A stretch of 32,000 bases of DNA from Synechocystis sp. PCC 6803 substr. PCC-P (GTDB taxonomy: Bacteria; Cyanobacteriota; Cyanobacteriia; Cyanobacteriales; Microcystaceae), in assembly GCF_000284455.1 (NCBI RefSeq), contig NC_017039.1, positions 2,130,001 through 2,162,000 of the forward strand, read 5' to 3'. The translations under genes and the position numbers were made by a program. This document shows positions 30,401 to 32,000 of this stretch, in pieces; position 1 is the first letter of the stretch; every line of letters begins with the position of its first letter. The notes under the pieces were generated by a model. That model saw only the letters and a program-made list of their open reading frames with translations. It was not told the origin of the DNA and ran no database searches.

Positions 30401-32000
30401 CGGTCAATTTCAAGTCACCGTTAATGGCAATAGCACCAGTCCCATTACCGTCACCAGCGTCACCGTTGCTGATACTTCTATCACCCTGGTTTTAAATCAG
30501 ATTATTGGCCAGGGTCAATTGGTCACCATTACCTATACCCCTAACTCCAATGGTGAAAATAACTTAGTTAGCAATACTGGCACTCCCCAAACCGTTGCAT
30601 CCTTCAGCACCAACAACTTTTTAACCACCGCTTCTAGCACAGGTACGGTTATTAAAACGGCATTTTCTCCCTTTGGGGACAGTGGTATTTCCTCCATCAC
30701 CACTATTCCTGGCACTACCGGTATTAATTCGGATGTTGTGGCCACGCTTTACCAAAATCCCAGCACCAAAGCATTGCAAAACGTTGTAGCTTGGGTTAAC
30801 GTCGATACTTCCGCCCTCTCTCTTAAGACCATTCCCGGGCAAAACTACGGCCCCAATGAAGCGGCCTTGATAACCACTGCCGCTCAGCAATCGGACATCT
30901 ACTATGCGGTGCTTGGCCCCGATAATCAATGGGGTTTAGCCGCTCCGATTTTCTCCAGCCAACCAGGACAGGACCAAAAAGTAACATTGGGAGTTGGCCC
31001 TGGGGGCAATTTACTGGCGGCTTGGTTGAATACCCAACTGGATAGCGATGGTGATCCCAATACCACTATTCAGTTAGCGACTTTTAATGGTACTACGTGG
31101 ACTAATCCAACAATCCTAGGCGGAGCAAATGCCGGCATCAATCCCAATAGTTTCAGTGAATTAAGTATTAGTTCCATTAATGGACAACCAGCGATTTTCT
31201 GGACGGAAAGCCGGCCCCCTTCCTACAGCAACTTGGTATCAGAGCAGAATCCTTTGGTTTATCTACGGCTAGGGGAATTGAGCGGCACAACGGTTATTAA
31301 CCAAGGGCAATTATCCGTGGCAGGAAATGGCACCTACAGCACGGCTGGTTATACTCTGGGCCAGGTGGGGGCGCTGGAAAATACTAACACCAATACAGGG
31401 GACTTTAACCCCGCCGTGTTATTCAATGGTGGCGGGATAACAATCAATTCGCCAGTACCTGTTTCCGTGCAAGGTTTTTCGGTGGAATTTTGGTTCAAAT
31501 TACCAACGTCTGACGGAGTAGTGGGTTTGGCTAATTTGGCCGGGGTATTTGATCTGAGTTTGAATGAAGATAGCTTAACTTTTACCTTGAATAATGGGAG
31601 TAACCCCCAGATTAGCGGCACTGTTACCACTGGTAATTGGCATTATGTGGTGGGAACTTATGATCCTGTTAAACAAATTCTTGACCTTTACCTCGATGGT
31701 CAATTGGTAAATACTCTAGAAAATATTGCTTTTGCCAATTTGCCCCAGTCGGGAACGCTAACTTTAGCGGGTAGTGGTGGGTCTGTTTATTTGGATGAAT
31801 TTGCTTTTTATAATTCGATTCTTTCCTATGTTGATAATGGTTCTAGCCCTAGTTCAAGTAATAATAATTTTCTCAATTTAACGGGTTCCCAACTAATTAA
31901 CGGAATTTGGGGGGTTAACGAAGTCGGTTCCCACTATCAAGCTCGCTTTTTTGAGCCAGTGACAGCGGGACCAGAAACTAACTACAGCGTTTGGGACAGC
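27447..32000 (+). CDS. 5' part (1518 codons) of a giant repeat-containing surface/extracellular protein with Ig-like repeat modules and a LamG/concanavalin-like domain; continues beyond the window
   Basis: I translated this frame by eye from the ATG at 27447 (in-frame TGA at 27384-86 upstream) to base 32000 and met no stop. It is absent from the ORF track because no stop lies in the window. It contains recurring F-x-V-T-x-N-G...I-T-V-x-x-V-x-V...I-x-L-x-L...V-x-Y modules (29595-29729, 30075-30200, 30408-30542). It also has a LamG-like block, GFSVEFWFKL...GNWHYVVGTYD...LYLDGQLV...VYLDEFAFYN (about 31380-31830). I recall a very large ORF following the methyltransferase gene in Synechocystis PCC 6803. 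Confidence 0.9.
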   Translation, partial: MTINLADRLSALTTDSAGTTHVVWVENTSLWHAVYDPNSAMWVNAQVIANVGNQSLTSLNLIANDKLIQPPGNNSNAAPAPGLVVVYQQGSGNDSDIFYTAARYNSGGRTEWLSTPQALTSDQVGDLAPRAIAEENGTVLVVGQKVDAEQAKNQAIREDTDLYYQSFTVNQNQFSSNQNSPASGNIIQGNSYNYLGRNRNAPAASYEVLSAGEASFLGNKPTYQGLGLNWNASNEFNINALSLILAKKLGQEPEKVLKSMFGPLILSISLQGSSGNNPEWSLFGGGESTKGRLLLNSLATVGRKQRRNVGNSEDSNRFDKWRSQGRGALSPDSQEGFDLSFTLSSLYSYGNSNGNSDGKFPLYLETGGALASLAGSIPLFGFDDILNRGLNFNFGLFFNAGVALQWQVAPKDPGNYFPLLAPYLDLSGNTDRLFITDGFYNALPTYSEVTAALALLSNLEAAFASIDQNSSVELESLLVGIPVTLGFEGTLEIPFIFKLFGSIGFFADGTFTIKGDTPSSITIGAPFNLTVSLLGLIGARIAGFPTWTQTFAASSSQNNQTGLEANNTASVDGFLLTINLAQFLEPNLSLNPTDFTVTVTNANGQISTIPVFGVVVQTDSQSNNSEVILRLEQEIPYTTVNGQPFSNIIVKYSGNQLGNFTSSPVALQSPDTLIYTYNPTSGTGNDYTQNNQQITIAFNGPLDPDILPTENQLLNWFAVTNSSNQAIAITDVAVNQSRIVLTLASNTAINPGEIYTVQYNPDANSDQQLKAANQKTITAFTVSNGTAPTAWGLINRTFAGVINVQTQPVLSNLTSDFAQDTSPALALTSQGDILLAWSSDTPPITPISVLAEGDYLYLVFADNLKNDSANPPSNSQFTIKTSDGNTTTPTNVSLAQNTITLTLTNSVNASQIVEVSYSLSGTNLTSNLYLADATNTSFWVPDFTNSVQSAGSTSTAPTSLLGSVISNLITIPFNQTLNVNQIPNGGQFQVTVNGNSTSPITVTSVTVADTSITLVLNQIIGQGQLVTITYTPNSNGENNLVSNTGTPQTVASFSTNNFLTTASSTGTVIKTAFSPFGDSGISSITTIPGTTGINSDVVATLYQNPSTKALQNVVAWVNVDTSALSLKTIPGQNYGPNEAALITTAAQQSDIYYAVLGPDNQWGLAAPIFSSQPGQDQKVTLGVGPGGNLLAAWLNTQLDSDGDPNTTIQLATFNGTTWTNPTILGGANAGINPNSFSELSISSINGQPAIFWTESRPPSYSNLVSEQNPLVYLRLGELSGTTVINQGQLSVAGNGTYSTAGYTLGQVGALENTNTNTGDFNPAVLFNGGGITINSPVPVSVQGFSVEFWFKLPTSDGVVGLANLAGVFDLSLNEDSLTFTLNNGSNPQISGTVTTGNWHYVVGTYDPVKQILDLYLDGQLVNTLENIAFANLPQSGTLTLAGSGGSVYLDEFAFYNSILSYVDNGSSPSSSNNNFLNLTGSQLINGIWGVNEVGSHYQARFFEPVTAGPETNYSVWDS

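Noticed and set aside
28115-31630. Nine short track ORFs on both strands between 28115 and 31630.
   Set aside because: All are out of frame with, or antisense to, the 1518-codon open frame that starts at 27447.

Overview
The window looks like a cyanobacterial chromosome segment from Synechocystis sp. PCC 6803 or a very close relative. Two things support this. The HIP1 palindrome GCGATCGC is dense. The gene order matches what I recall of that genome: cbiX, tsaE, gcvP, pgk, an ntcB-like LysR gene, alaS, cyAbrB, ycf39, nadK, potD, tRNA-Thr, rdgB, glnB, trpF, pyrC. That recollection is from memory and not verified by any search.

Most of the window is ordinary housekeeping DNA with confident protein-family calls. 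Five things stand out:
1. A roughly 1.3 kb AT-rich, HIP1-free island (about 4981-6300) sits between gcvP and a DUF2358-like gene. It carries three overlapping, apparently translationally coupled ORFs: a helical protein, a small excisionase-like HTH protein and a 121-aa HNH nuclease. This is my best candidate for an uncharacterised accessory, defence or mobile module.
2. A broken DUF433/DUF5615 toxin-antitoxin pair lies directly at the right junction of that island.
3. A DUF2442-family gene has an in-frame TGA exactly where the family's conserved Trp is expected.
4. A very large ORF (27447 to the window end, 1518 codons with no stop) is missing from the supplied ORF track because it has no stop codon in the window. 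It encodes a repeat-rich surface-type protein with Ig-like modules and a LamG-like domain, and it is almost free of HIP1.
5. A canonical NtcA box (GTA-N8-TAC) lies upstream of glnB.

I saw no CRISPR array, rRNA gene or recognisable IS element.
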